DNA from: Octopus vulgaris | Taxonomy: Eukaryota | Assembly: GCA_951406725.2 (NCBI GenBank) | Contig: OX597822.1 | Coordinates: forward strand, 59,520,001 to 59,584,000 | Direction of reading: 5' to 3' | Length of the DNA: 64,000 bases | In this document: positions 52,859-64,000 of the stretch, piece by piece | Position numbering within the stretch: the stretch's first letter is position 1 | Layout of the letters: every line of letters begins with the position of its first letter | The notes under the pieces: generated by a model | What the model was told of the DNA's origin: nothing | Database searches by the model: none | The model's input: the letters and a program-made list of their open reading frames with translations, nothing else | Made by a program: the position numbers and the translations under genes

Positions 52859-54487
52859 TTATGTTTTCTCCGCCAGGATAGATGTTAGGATTTTATACGT
52901 GGTGGATAGACAGGTTATAGGCCGATAGTTTTTTGGAAGGTTGGTTTCGTTATTCTTTGGGAGTAGGTAAGTAATGCCACTTGCTAACCATTCAGGTGTT
53001 TTCTTTGGGTCTCTCATAATTCCATTGAGCAGCTGAACTAGCTTACTGTGTGTGCACGGGAGCGATGCGAGCCAGAAATTCGGCACCCTATCTTTACCGG
53101 GGGATTTCCAATTATGGGCCTTCGTGAGTGCCTTTCTTAGGTCTGCTATTGTGATGTCTTCCCATGCTTGTTGTTGTAAATTTTGGTAGGATCCTTCAGT
53201 TTGTATAATCCAGTCTGCATTTATGTTGTACATCTTCTTGTCACTCCAAATCCTTTTCCAAAAGTTCTGAACTTCTTCCATGGGAGGGGGGTCTTTAACG
53301 GTTACTTTCTCCTTCCCTATTTCTCTGTAGAATTTTTTGGCATTGGATGTGAACAGCTTATTTTGCTTGTAAAACTTGTTTCTCTTCTCAAATCTTCGTA
53401 TTCTTTGGGCTTTTGCTTGGACTTTTTGTTTCAGCGTTTCTTTTATTGATATCAGTTCTTCTCTTGGTGAGGATCCAAATTTTCTCTTCATCTTTCTTCC
53501 TGTTCTGGATCTTACATCATTTCCACATATTAGTTCATTTAATATTGATATTTCCCCTCTCATAAATTCAATCTCTTTTTCAATTTTACTTCTCCAGGTT
53601 TGATTTCTTCCCAGGTTTTGTTTTCTTTGTTTTTTCGGGGGCATACAGCTGGTTTCAATTGCCCTAGCAGAAGCGTAAATAATTTCATTTAACTCAGTAA
53701 AATCAGGTTTTAATTCTCGTATTATTTTATTTGTTACATAGTTGCCAATTTGGATTTGTTTTTTATTTTGGTTTGTATTTGAGAGTTTATGAAGCGGTTC
53801 TCTATCATTCATACTTGTATGTCTTACAACTTCAAGCGTATTCAGGATTTTCTGCCTCATTTCTGCCATAGACTCTCTGTGTTCTTCAGCAAATGCGAGA
53901 TCTTCAGTTACTGTTGTTTTTTCGTTTTCCTGGCTATCTTTAACTGGTACAATAGAATTTCTTGTATCTTCAGGCCTTTGCGTACTTTGGTCAGATGGCA
54001 GTCTTTCAATTAAGCCTCGTGGCGGGCTATACTGTTCATCTGATTCTTCATTTCCTTTGTGTCTTATATTTATGTCATTTTCCGTTGCGTGCTTGATCGC
54101 GCTTATTTCACTGTCTGTGAGTCTGTTATTTCTAAAGATATCCCTCCTCACATTTGCTAATTTGTTCTCGTCCAAATAGGGCCTACTGTCTTGATTCCAT
54201 GTTCTCCATATACTGTAAGAGTTTGCGGTGTGTCTCTCTTGAGATGGCCTACCTAATGCATAGTAATAAGCGTATATTACTTCTTTATACTCTTCTCGGG
54301 TCCATTTGTTCCGCTTACATTTTTCTTTCTGTGGTGGTTGTGGTGGTGAACTTGGAGGGCTCGAGTTGGGGGATTTCCCATTCAAGTGACCATCCATGTC
54401 CGTATTCGGAGAAGAGTTTGTGCCAGTTGATGACTTTTCGATCCCAGGCTGGCTCTTCCCAGGGGGACGCGCTTCCAGATTAACCAT
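52859..54487 (-). CDS. R4/Dong-clade non-LTR retrotransposon ORF, N-terminal ~540 aa, truncated at the start of the RT domain
   Basis: QNKLF..NAKKFYR, FWKRIWS, NWKSPGKDRVPNFWL, GITYLLPK..PKNYRPITCLSTTYKILTSI are R4/Dong motifs; first ATG after the non-coding leader taken as 54487 (the ORF track starts at 54541). Confidence 0.88.
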   Translation of the reverse strand: MVNLEARPPGKSQPGIEKSSTGTNSSPNTDMDGHLNGKSPNSSPPSSPPQPPQKEKCKRNKWTREEYKEVIYAYYYALGRPSQERHTANSYSIWRTWNQDSRPYLDENKLANVRRDIFRNNRLTDSEISAIKHATENDINIRHKGNEESDEQYSPPRGLIERLPSDQSTQRPEDTRNSIVPVKDSQENEKTTVTEDLAFAEEHRESMAEMRQKILNTLEVVRHTSMNDREPLHKLSNTNQNKKQIQIGNYVTNKIIRELKPDFTELNEIIYASARAIETSCMPPKKQRKQNLGRNQTWRSKIEKEIEFMRGEISILNELICGNDVRSRTGRKMKRKFGSSPREELISIKETLKQKVQAKAQRIRRFEKRNKFYKQNKLFTSNAKKFYREIGKEKVTVKDPPPMEEVQNFWKRIWSDKKMYNINADWIIQTEGSYQNLQQQAWEDITIADLRKALTKAHNWKSPGKDRVPNFWLASLPCTHSKLVQLLNGIMRDPKKTPEWLASGITYLLPKNNETNLPKNYRPITCLSTTYKILTSILAEKT

Positions 54488-54650
54488 AGGACAAGCGATT
54501 TGGTATACTGATTTAGTTTTCCTTTTAGTTTCCAAAAACATTTTGGTGCTACGATAATGTTATCATTGTTTAGCTTTGATTGGCTCGTGGGGAGACGGCC
54601 ATCATTGCCGTTACAATTATAATCGTACCATTATAGCAGCCGTAGTCGGC
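52859..54650 (-). mobile_element. Dong-like element, 5' end apparently complete, embedded in (TAA)n
   Basis: (TAA)n tracts abut both ends on the element's sense strand; Dong elements are known to target TAA repeats. Confidence 0.75.
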
Positions 54651-54722
54651 TTATTATTGTTATTATCATCACCATTACCATCACTATCATCATTATCACC
54701 ACCATTATTATTATTATTATTA

Positions 54723-54792
<70 letters not shown>

Positions 54793-54822
54793 CATCATCA
54801 TTATCATCATCATCATCATTAT
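54650..54822. repeat. (TTA)n/(TCA)n compound microsatellite
   Basis: Direct reading. Confidence 0.95.
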
Positions 54823-55249
54823 TTCCAAAGTTTTATTTTCGTTTCTCTATTATTAATTTTACTCGCGTCTCTAACTTAATAGAAACTGATGGATAAAGAA
54901 ATCAAACTACATAAACCAACGGCAGCAAAACCGTTCAGAAATTAAGTAACACTAACATTTTTATAATATATATATATATATTATAATAACATTTTATAGT
55001 ATACTTACATATATACATACATCCATACAGTGATCTGAAACAACAGGAATACTAAAGGAAGGTACGGAATTTAATAGAAGAGAAAACAAAAAGGTCTCAT
55101 ATTATTCATTTAAATATTCCTGATTAAAACTTATTATTATTATTCCCGCCTTTAAAACTATTTTGAATGCTGAATTTCTTATTTTTGGCTTGTGTTAGAT
55201 AAAGATAAACTGTTTATTACGGTTACTAAATTTTCTACAGCCTCCTTAA

Positions 55250-55670
55250 CATTCCATGATTACCATTATGATCGATCAGGTGTCGGATAATGATTCTGGA
55301 TTATTTTTCCGGTTTTTTAAAATTAATTTTTGAGAGCGGTCGGTTTCATTTTTAGTATTCTCGTTTGAGAGACCAGTCGAATTTCAGATATTCTCATTTT
55401 AAAAATCATCTCTGGCTAATCGTTGAAAGGACGTTGGTGTTGCCTTAGCGAAGGTTTGCGCTCTCTGAGTGCTCGTTATTATTATTCTTATCTCCACCTT
55501 CGCTAAGGCGGAGGATTTTTTTTAGCCATGTTTGTTTGTTTGTGGACAAGATATCTCAAGAACTGCTGGATAGATTCTGATGAAACTTTCGGGTGTGTTT
55601 GGCCTCGTGACTAGGACGAACTGATTAGATTTTGGGATCGATCCGGTACCGGACAAGGATTCTGGATTAA
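55250..55670 (+). mobile_element. Helentron-associated-type non-autonomous element: 3' half followed by 5' half of a second copy
   Basis: GCCTTAGCGAAGGTTTGCGCTCTCTGAGTGC end (subterminal IR and hairpin), then TTATCTCCACCTTCGCTAAGGCGGAGG..(GTTT)n start; GATTCTGGATTA occurs in both halves. Confidence 0.6.
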
Positions 55671-55837
55671 TTGTTATATTTACTTTACATGAATTATTAC
55701 GATCTCACGTTGACTTTCAATTCTTTCTCTGATTATCTCCCTTGAAAGCCCGCTCATGGTTTCCACGTAAGTTATGGTAGCGTTGCTGTTCCCAAAGTCT
55801 TATTTTTGTTTCTCAATTATTAATTTTACTCGCATCT

Positions 55838-56036
55838 GTATCTGTGTATGTTCGCGTTTGACAACCAGTGTTGATTTATTTACGTTCTCGTGACTTAGCA
55901 GAATGGCAAAAGATGAATAGAAGCACCAGGCTTTTAAAAAATGACCTACTGATGTCGACTTGTTCAACTAAATTCTTCATGGCGGTACTCCAGCATGGCC
56001 GCAGGCCAATGACTGGAGCAAGTAAAAGATAAAAGA
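55838..56036 (+). mobile_element. SINE family A, diverged 3' half
   Basis: TTGACAACC..GTGACTTAGC..GGCGGTACTCCAGCATGGCCGCAG..AAGTAAAAGA. Confidence 0.65.
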
Positions 56037-56512
56037 AAGATCATAAGTTAGGTTTTATCTGGATTGTAAATTTTTATAATCTCAAGACAATACTATGTAT
56101 ATGTTCCTGATAGATTTCCAGGCGAGTTTTTATTGCGATTCTGATCACAATGAGTAGAATATTGTAAAATATTGAAAGGTACCAGATAATCATATTTTTC
56201 TAAAGCTAAAACACGGTCAATCGTATTTTATTGTATGAACAGACTTTCAGCAACACGTGACAACAAAGAAAAAACTGTTTTCAAGACCAAACCTATACGT
56301 ACCGTTTTTGGTGAATCATAAGCAACGCCCAAGCTCCCGGATGTTACATCGGCGCGAATAATTTATTTTTATAGACTCATTCGAGGAAATTTCAAGAAGG
56401 CGTCTGAAGTGACTGGGGAAATTATTTGTCTACTTTTTAACCCATCTATTATATAATACTCAATAATATTCTCCACACATTGATGCTTCAAGGTGTTTTA
56501 TATGCATGCATG

Positions 56513-56614
<102 letters not shown>

Positions 56615-56629
56615 TATATATGTGTGTGT

Positions 56630-56936
56630 GAAGGGGCATGGCTCAGTAGAGCTTACGATGGTGAGGTTGTGTGTTCGAATCCCGGACCGGGCTGCGTGTT
56701 GTGTTCTTGAGCAAGGCATTTTATTTCACGTTGCTCCAGTTCACTCAGCTGTAGAAATTAGTTGCGACCTCACAGGTGCCAAGCTGTATCGGCCTTTGCC
56801 TTTCCCATGGAGAGGGGAGGCCGGTATGCTTGGGCGACTGCTGGTCTTCCATAAACAACCTTGCCCGGACTTGTGTCTGGGAGGGTAACTTTCTAGGTGC
56901 AATCCCATGGTCTGTGTCGTGAACGAAGGGGGTCTC
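56630..56936 (+). mobile_element. SINE sharing head and CORE-like domain with family D, with a different tail
   Basis: GGCATGGCTCAGT..GTTCGAATCCC..TGTGTTCTTGAGCAAGGCATTTTATTTCACGTTGCTCCAGTTCACTCAGCTG. Confidence 0.75.
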
Positions 56937-56964
56937 AGATATATATATACGTGAACATTCATGC

Positions 56965-57017
<53 letters not shown>

Positions 57018-57018
<1 letters not shown>

Positions 57019-57168
57019 CAGACTTCTTTCAGTTTCCGTCGACCACTCACAAGACTTTGACCGGTTCGAGTCTACAGTAGAAGGTACTTGCCCAAGGTAC
57101 CGCGCAGAGGGACTGACCTCGGAAACATGTGGCTGGCAGACAAGCTTCTTACTAGACAGCCACGTGCA
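57018..57168 (-). mobile_element. SINE family A, 5' half
   Basis: CTTCTTTCAGTTTCCGTC..CACTCACAAG..TAGAAG..CTTGCCCAAGGT..CAGCCAC. Confidence 0.65.
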
Positions 57169-57448
57169 CTCACACAAATGCATATATAATTGAAAGAGGA
57201 ACTGTTGAGTCTTCTAGGAATAATGAATATCCTGGTTGGTTCTGAAGATTAGTCATACAAATGAAAAAAAAAAAAAAAACGTACTCCAGTTCAGTTGATG
57301 AATTTGATATCCCTTTGAATAGACTCCAGCTGCTACGTTTCATAGAATTTTATTGTTTATTACACTGACATATAATACAAGCATTAAGGCTTTTCGGATC
57401 TTGATACTGTATTGTTAACCACAGTTCGTTCTTATATAGAAAGACAAA

Positions 57449-57706
57449 TACAAGGGTGTACAAAAGTAGGTATGCAATGAGTATCACACCAATGTTATAA
57501 TACTTAATTCATTAAAATTATTAGCACATTAAATTAGTTAGCCATATGCTTGATATTTTCAGTGTGATTAATCATAAGAATACATCTATCATAAATATAA
57601 TAATACTTTTATCGTAACTTTTAATTTTTTTTTTTGATAAAAATAAATGAGTATTGTACGTGTTTTCTTTTTCATCACTGTATACCGACCTTTACACCAC
57701 CCTGTA
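57449..57706. mobile_element. Tc1/mariner-type MITE
   Basis: TACAAGGGTGTACAAAAGTAGGTATGCAATGA ... TCACTGTATACCGACCTTTACACCACCCTGTA imperfect TIRs. Confidence 0.55.
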
Positions 57707-57859
57707 TAAAAAAAAAAAGATTAGAAATAGTTCCAATGTTTTGTATAGTGATATCCAGCTGACACATCTGAAAATGGCAATTCTGACAGTAAAACGTGGC
57801 AGTGGAGTGGAATAGAAAAGAAGAGCAGTTAAGGAACGGTAAAATACATCCAGAACCAC

Positions 57860-58272
57860 ACTAATAGCTTAGGAGTGAAATTTAGGATTTCTCGATTTTC
57901 TTTGAATCGGTTTTGATAAAACTTTTTCCAGTTGGTTTGCACACTATAGCAACATCATTGTTATGTTTCCATTATTCTGTGTAAAATTCTTTCTGTCAGA
58001 TTCTTGTTTTTGTGTGAACCACGCTAATAGCGTCTCTCCTATCTAAGAACAATGGAACGTGGAAAAAGCCTTAACAATAAAGACAATTCTATCATCACCA
58101 AGGTAAGTGCTAAAGGCACCTATCTTCATGTCATTGAGGAGAAGTTAGGTTGTCATGTGGATGCAGTTAGATGATTCCTGAAGTACCCTTCGCCAAGGAA
58201 AAAACGATCCGATTGTGGGGCCTCCAAGACTGTGACAGCTAGGGATTTAAGGAATGTGTGTCCGCAATTTAT
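57860..58272 (+). pseudogene. Tc1/Tc3-like transposase 5' relic (HTH region)
   Basis: MERGKSL at 58051; IEEKLGCHVDAVR*FLKYPSPRKKRSDCGASKTVTARDLR. Confidence 0.5.
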
Positions 58273-58667
58273 TGTGCGGTATTGTGCGGAAGTATAGGAC
58301 TCAAACCACGTAGTTATGAAGCGAAGCGTTTCAACCATAGCTGTAATTACCACCATTCTTGTTGCTTCATCATTTTCTGTATTACAAGGATCTATCATAT
58401 TGATGCAGAATTGTTTGGATGGTTTTAATGCGGCCATTCCAACGCTACAGTCGATTTAATGGGTTCGGTCTACTTCGTCTGGATCGAACAGGGCAAAATC
58501 GTTTTAATGCATGTTTGTATGAGCAGATATCACAAGAAAATTTTGAAACTTCCAACCAGCTGGCATCAGTATCATGAAACACCAACCCACTGCTGTTAAT
58601 CATCTTCACACACCTCTCTGCAGCAAAATCGATATCAATAGAAGAATGTACATACATGCATACATGA

Positions 58668-58718
<51 letters not shown>

Positions 58719-59546
58719 CATGCATACATACATACATGCATACATACATACATACACACTCATATGGATTATGCCTGGTATAGTTCAAATAAAGACTCAA
58801 TACACTGTTGTGTAAAGTGCAGAGTATTTGCAAGAAGACCTACGGGTAGCTTATTCATTTCACGGTTGCTGTACTAGACTTGTAAAATTTAATCATCGAG
58901 AATTCACAGCCATTCAACAAGTAGCAGATGCAATACACACGCACATGGACACACATACATATACACTCTTAATATTAACATTTGTTACATATTGAGTGAC
59001 TAAAGGAGTAACTGACTTCAGTTCAACAGCGGCTGACAGGGTGAATAGTCACTGAAATATCTCCGTGCAAGATAATTTATGTGATATATCCACATGCTAT
59101 TTAATAAACTATATTTGAGGTTTAGTCATACTGTTAGTTTAATCCACATGAAGTTATAACTCCAACTACTTGTTGTATCCTTGTGCATTGTCAGTAATTA
59201 AAGAGCTCACGTAATCTAAATATCTATGCTCGCTATGTATGGCTTCATGAAGGAATACATTGACATTAATTTTCCTGATGATGAAGAAATGTAAAGAAAA
59301 TACAATATTTGTGTGTATATTTAGAAATACCATGATGATCTGTACTCGTAAGCTCTGGAGGAGACTTCATAACGTATTTAGTAGATCAGAACAATATCGA
59401 AATATTCGTTATTAAAACAATTAGTTGCGCATGCGTATTGAGCTATGATGACACGAGTTGCCAATAAGAAGTAAACCTAAAAGTAAGTGAAGGATATTTT
59501 CTCGGTGTAAAGGAAAGAAAAATAGAAACATTTTTGTACAGATAGA

Positions 59547-60024
<478 letters not shown>

Positions 60025-60329
60025 GATAATTTTGCGTAAAGTGCAATAGTGTTAAATTAACAATCTGTCAGCAATAATGATGTACTGCTATTGTGTTGAA
60101 GCCTTCAAATACTGTTACAACTGTTTCTCCAAGATAAACAAATGTAACATAAGTATAATATAAAAATAGTCTTTATATTTATCTTGACTTTTACAGCATA
60201 AAGTGTGTATATATATGAGCTGTATTTGTATATTTTTGTTGTATACTGTATTATTTATCCTTTGTTCTTTGTTGTCTGTACAGTTTTTGGTTTGTGTCAG
60301 TTGCACCTTTCATCTGCTCAATTTAATAG

Positions 60330-60960
60330 TACAGCCATATATTTCTTGACACAAATTTACCACTCCTGTTATATAATGTATGTGTAATTGATCCGTCCTT
60401 TAAAGTAGGAATCAATAATAGTGCAGTGTTCTCTTTCTTCGCAACTTCTGAATTTTCTGGTCTGAAATAATTAATCTTTGAACAGAAATCAAGTCCTTCT
60501 GCTTTTGTGTTTCGATTTAATTTAAATATCATTTCGAAACCTATTAGTTTTTTGGAAATAAAAAGGTAGAAAAGCACCAACATATGTCTGGGGTTATCTC
60601 TGTACTTTCCGAAATATTAGTCATTCGTTAATTTTCTGTCTCACTACATGTTTGAGTATTCTAAGTGCCTTAAGGATCTATGCATTAAATATGTTAACAC
60701 TATCCTACACATCGTTTTCCATGAAAATTGTGCATCTGGCCTAGATAACCCTTCACCTATCCAAAACATTTTCATAAGTTTGTCCAAAACGTCCATGCTT
60801 GTTTTCAAACTTTTAGCTAACCCGTTTCATACGTATAAAGCTTTCCTTTCGTAAATCCTAAGTTATTCGGGTTTTTGAACAAAAAGATTTAGAAAATGTA
60901 ACATATATGATGCATGGATACCAGGAAATATGTCCTATATATCTCATATGGTACTCAGAA
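60330..60960 (-). pseudogene. Possible decayed hAT (Charlie/Buster-like) transposase
   Basis: GLDFCSK..SEVAKKENTALLLIPT..DGS resembles the hAT dimerisation motif (L.EFW..L...A...LLPFPT..GFS). Confidence 0.35.
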
Positions 60961-61249
60961 CAGGCAAAGGAGTAATATCGAACATATCTTCATTTATTTT
61001 TGGAATTTTTTTATTGCTAGTTTGCGGCTACAATGAAAGCTGTGCTACGCTGAGAAGGCCAGAGTAAGAACAAGCTAGAGTTGACCGAAACATATGTCCT
61101 TGTAATGTATCCGGTTTGCTTCATGCAAACTGGAATGCTATGTATGTATATATATATGTACATATGTATGTACGTGTGCGTACATTCATGCTTGTATGGA
61201 TATTTGGATAGATGGATTGTGAGGGTGTATATATGAATATATATATATT

Positions 61250-61322
<73 letters not shown>

Positions 61323-61816
61323 TTGTGTGTACATATATACATATGAAAACTTGGTAGCAGTTCAAATATGGAGATGTATCTTCGTTGTAGATAAAAAATA
61401 TTTAGACACACTACAGTCAGTTCAAGCACCCTGTTTGAATTGATGGATGCATGCATTTTATAGCTATCTCCTCACTAGCATTTCGTAGTTATCTTCTCAT
61501 TAGCACCAGATACCAAGAGGAGCGACTCTGAACTGATTAAGAGATTTGATGTTTTTATATATAAAAAATTAGGCTGGTACTACTAGTGAAATTATATTTG
61601 ATTGGTTTTCTATAAGACACCTAGTCGCTTATTTCAGGGTTGCTTCTCTTACGTATTAGGTAGTGATTGCAGATACCTACTACGAAATCCACGCATCCAT
61701 CAGTTAACCAAAATATTTGAACTGGCACTAAGTTTTTATTTCACTCAATCACTGCTTATCGCTTCTAATCAGAAATGTATATGTGTGTGTGTGTGTCTAT
61801 GTATATATATACATGT

Positions 61817-62136
61817 GAGGGCGTGTGGCTTAGTGGTTAGGGCATTCGGCTCATGATCGTAAGGTTGTGAGTTCGATTCCCAGCGACGCGTTGTGTCCTT
61901 GAGCAAGACACTTTATTTCACGTTGCTCCAGTCCACTCAGCTGGCAAAAATGAGTTGTACTTGTATTTCAAAGGGTCAGCCTTGTCACTCTCTGTGTCAC
62001 GCTGATTATCCCCGAGAACCACGTTAAGGGTACACGTGTCTGTGGAATGCTCAGCCATTTGCACGTTAATTTCACGAGCAAGCTGTTCCGTTGATCGTAT
62101 CAGCTGGGACCCTCGTCGTCGTAACCGGCGGAGTTT
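61817..62136 (+). mobile_element. SINE family D (tRNA head, CORE-like domain), full length
   Basis: TGGCTTAGTGG A box, GAGTTCGATTCCC B box, TGTGTCCTTGAGCAAGACACTTTA. Confidence 0.85.
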
Positions 62137-62161
62137 TTAAATATATATACATATATATGTA

Positions 62162-63053
62162 TACGAGGTCTGATCAATAAGTACCTGGATTGTCGTCATA
62201 ATAACGAAGCTAAAGCACGCAGAGTAAAGCCGCTCGGCACAGATTGACACCGATCTCTGCTGTGCATGTGCGCTAAGTTTATAACGTTCTAGCTTATTTC
62301 TGCTGTTTACAGTAGTGCTTGAGATTAACGTAACAGGTGGTCGTCACATTGACCATGACAGAAAAAAGTAGTCATGGCTATGCCTGCTCAGAGGTCTACG
62401 CAAAGTTGCAGAAAGTGTATGGGGAGAAGTGTATGAGTCGCATACAAGTGTACGTGTGGTTCAGACATTTTCAGGATGGTCGAAAATATGTAGATAGTGA
62501 CGAACGTGCTGGTAGACTCACAACCAGCAGAACTGAGATAAACATCACGGATGTGCGTGCAGGTGTGAAGGGAAATCGTCGAATCACCATCTGTGAATTA
62601 TCAGAGGGTGTGCAGGTTAGTTACGGTTCATTCAGTCCATTATCACTGAGTATTTGGGTACGAGCCGCATATCGACCAAGTTTGTACCAAAACTGCTTCC
62701 AGCAGACTAAAATGACACTCGGGTTTCAGTTGCACAAGATCACCTTGATTGTATCGATAACGATGAAAATGATTTGGAAACTTTGCGTAGGTGTTTGAGC
62801 AGGTATCGCCAAACTTTTGGCAAAATTTGATACAAATTCCATGTTCAGCTTTCTGCGTCATGGTCAATGCGACGATCACACGCTACACACCTTCCTTCCA
62901 AGCACTGCTGTAAACAGCGAAAGCGAGTTAGAACGTTTAAACTTAGTGCACATGCACAGCAGAGTTCAAAGTCAATCTATGCTAAGCATTTCCACTTTGC
63001 GTGCTTTAGCCTCGTTACTATGGCAACAGTTCGGGTACTTATTGATCAGACCA

Positions 63054-63058
<5 letters not shown>
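62162..63058. mobile_element. mariner derivative made of two opposed 5' ends, carrying the HTH-only ORF 62337-62798
   Basis: GGTCTGATCAATAAGTACC at both ends; ~270-bp imperfect inverted arms that include the transposase start; ORF LQKVYGEKCMSRIQVYVWFRHFQDGR..ERAGR..NRRITICEL. Confidence 0.85.
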
Positions 63059-63127
<69 letters not shown>

Positions 63128-63131
63128 TATA

Positions 63132-63322
63132 TAAAGGGAAAGTTTACGAAAATAAACAAAAGATGAAGGCAATTGGAGTACACACAAACAAATGTATTAG
63201 TATAGCGCTCAGGAATAGAAAAAGTCTTTTACGTTTCGAGCCTACGCTCTTCGACAGAAAGATACACAGAAAAAACAAGGAGAGAAAAAAATGCGTGTAG
63301 GAGCTAACGATATATCATGGCG
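63132..63322 (-). mobile_element. PLE terminal-repeat-like non-coding element
   Basis: Same layout as 2888-3088 (pyrimidine tract, hammerhead motif, TTCCTGAGC, AATACA, TTTGTT); abuts (TA)n. Confidence 0.6.
63225..63262 (-). ncRNA. Minimal type I hammerhead-like motif with variant core CUGUCGA
   Basis: UCUUU-CUGUCGA-A-GAGC-GUAG-GCUC-GAAAC-GUA-AAAGA: perfect stems I and II, palindromic ACGU stem III. Confidence 0.65.
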
Positions 63323-64000
63323 TCCACGATGGACTTACGTAGCAATCGAGATTGTCACCCGAGGAATATAGAATATCGTGATGTATTTGCATTTAGTATG
63401 TTAAACTAAACAAATGATTATTTTCATCCATTACTGCTTCTGCTTCATGTGACGGACTTTTTTCATCTAGTGCCTAATTGCTGCGCCAGTGTTATTTTTG
63501 CATTCGCTGTTTTCCAATATTGTTTACTTTTGTCTATGAATACATGCTACTGTGGAAGCCTAAAGAAGCAGAAATGAATGCATAACATTCTCACTACCAT
63601 TGCTGAAGGATTTTCGTTGCTTCTTATGTATGTGTATCACCTCTGGACGAGTACCACAGTAATTTTACATATCCCGGTGTATTTGCATTATGTATGATAC
63701 ACAGATAGCAATTTAAATCTAACACCGTTTCTATTGTATGTAACGGATACATGAGTGTGCGTGTGTGTGTGTGTGTGTGTACACGTGCGTGCGTGTGTGT
63801 GTGTATATGTGTGTGCGCGTGCGCGTGTGTAAAGAGGTTTCTGACGACTGAATTTATTTTCAAAAATAGAAACAAGAAAATAATTTGAGAACTTATTGAT
63901 AAAAGAAAGTACTTGAATTTTTATCAAAATATGTTACATTAAAAGACAATGTTATTTTCATATAAAAGGGAAAACATATTGAAATTTATTGAATTAAATT

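Noticed and set aside
53183-54483. Plus-strand ORFs overlapping the Dong ORF
   Set aside because: Antisense shadows of the real minus-strand ORF.
61817-61890. tRNA-like sequence (also 33397-33470)
   Set aside because: A/B boxes continue into SINE bodies, and I could not form a full cloverleaf, so these are SINE heads rather than tRNA genes.

Overview
AT-rich animal DNA, inferred from the repeat landscape to be from a coleoid cephalopod (Octopus-like). The window is intergenic or intronic, with no recognisable intact host gene, and nearly all ORF-track entries are microsatellite artefacts. It is a mosaic of microsatellites and mobile elements: at least four tRNA-derived SINE families; LINE remnants (R4/Dong, RTE, L1/Tx1-like, CR1/L2-like); decayed Penelope-like elements (PLEs); two Helitrons; a Helentron-type element; and several Tc1/mariner/pogo, piggyBac-like and hAT relics. 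The only long clean ORF (52859-54487, minus) is the 5' half of an R4/Dong retrotransposon. The most interesting hidden signal is a set of minimal type I hammerhead-ribozyme motifs in short non-coding PLE-terminal-repeat-like elements sitting in (TA)n tracts. One canonical copy (1457-1499) lies in a perfect 119-bp inverted repeat whose other arm has lost exactly the catalytic core. Others have variant cores, and one decayed copy follows a PLE RT relic. A hidden triple C2H2 zinc-finger relic (45930-46259) is absent from the ORF track. All calls are by eye, and repeat boundaries are approximate unless TIRs or TSDs are quoted.
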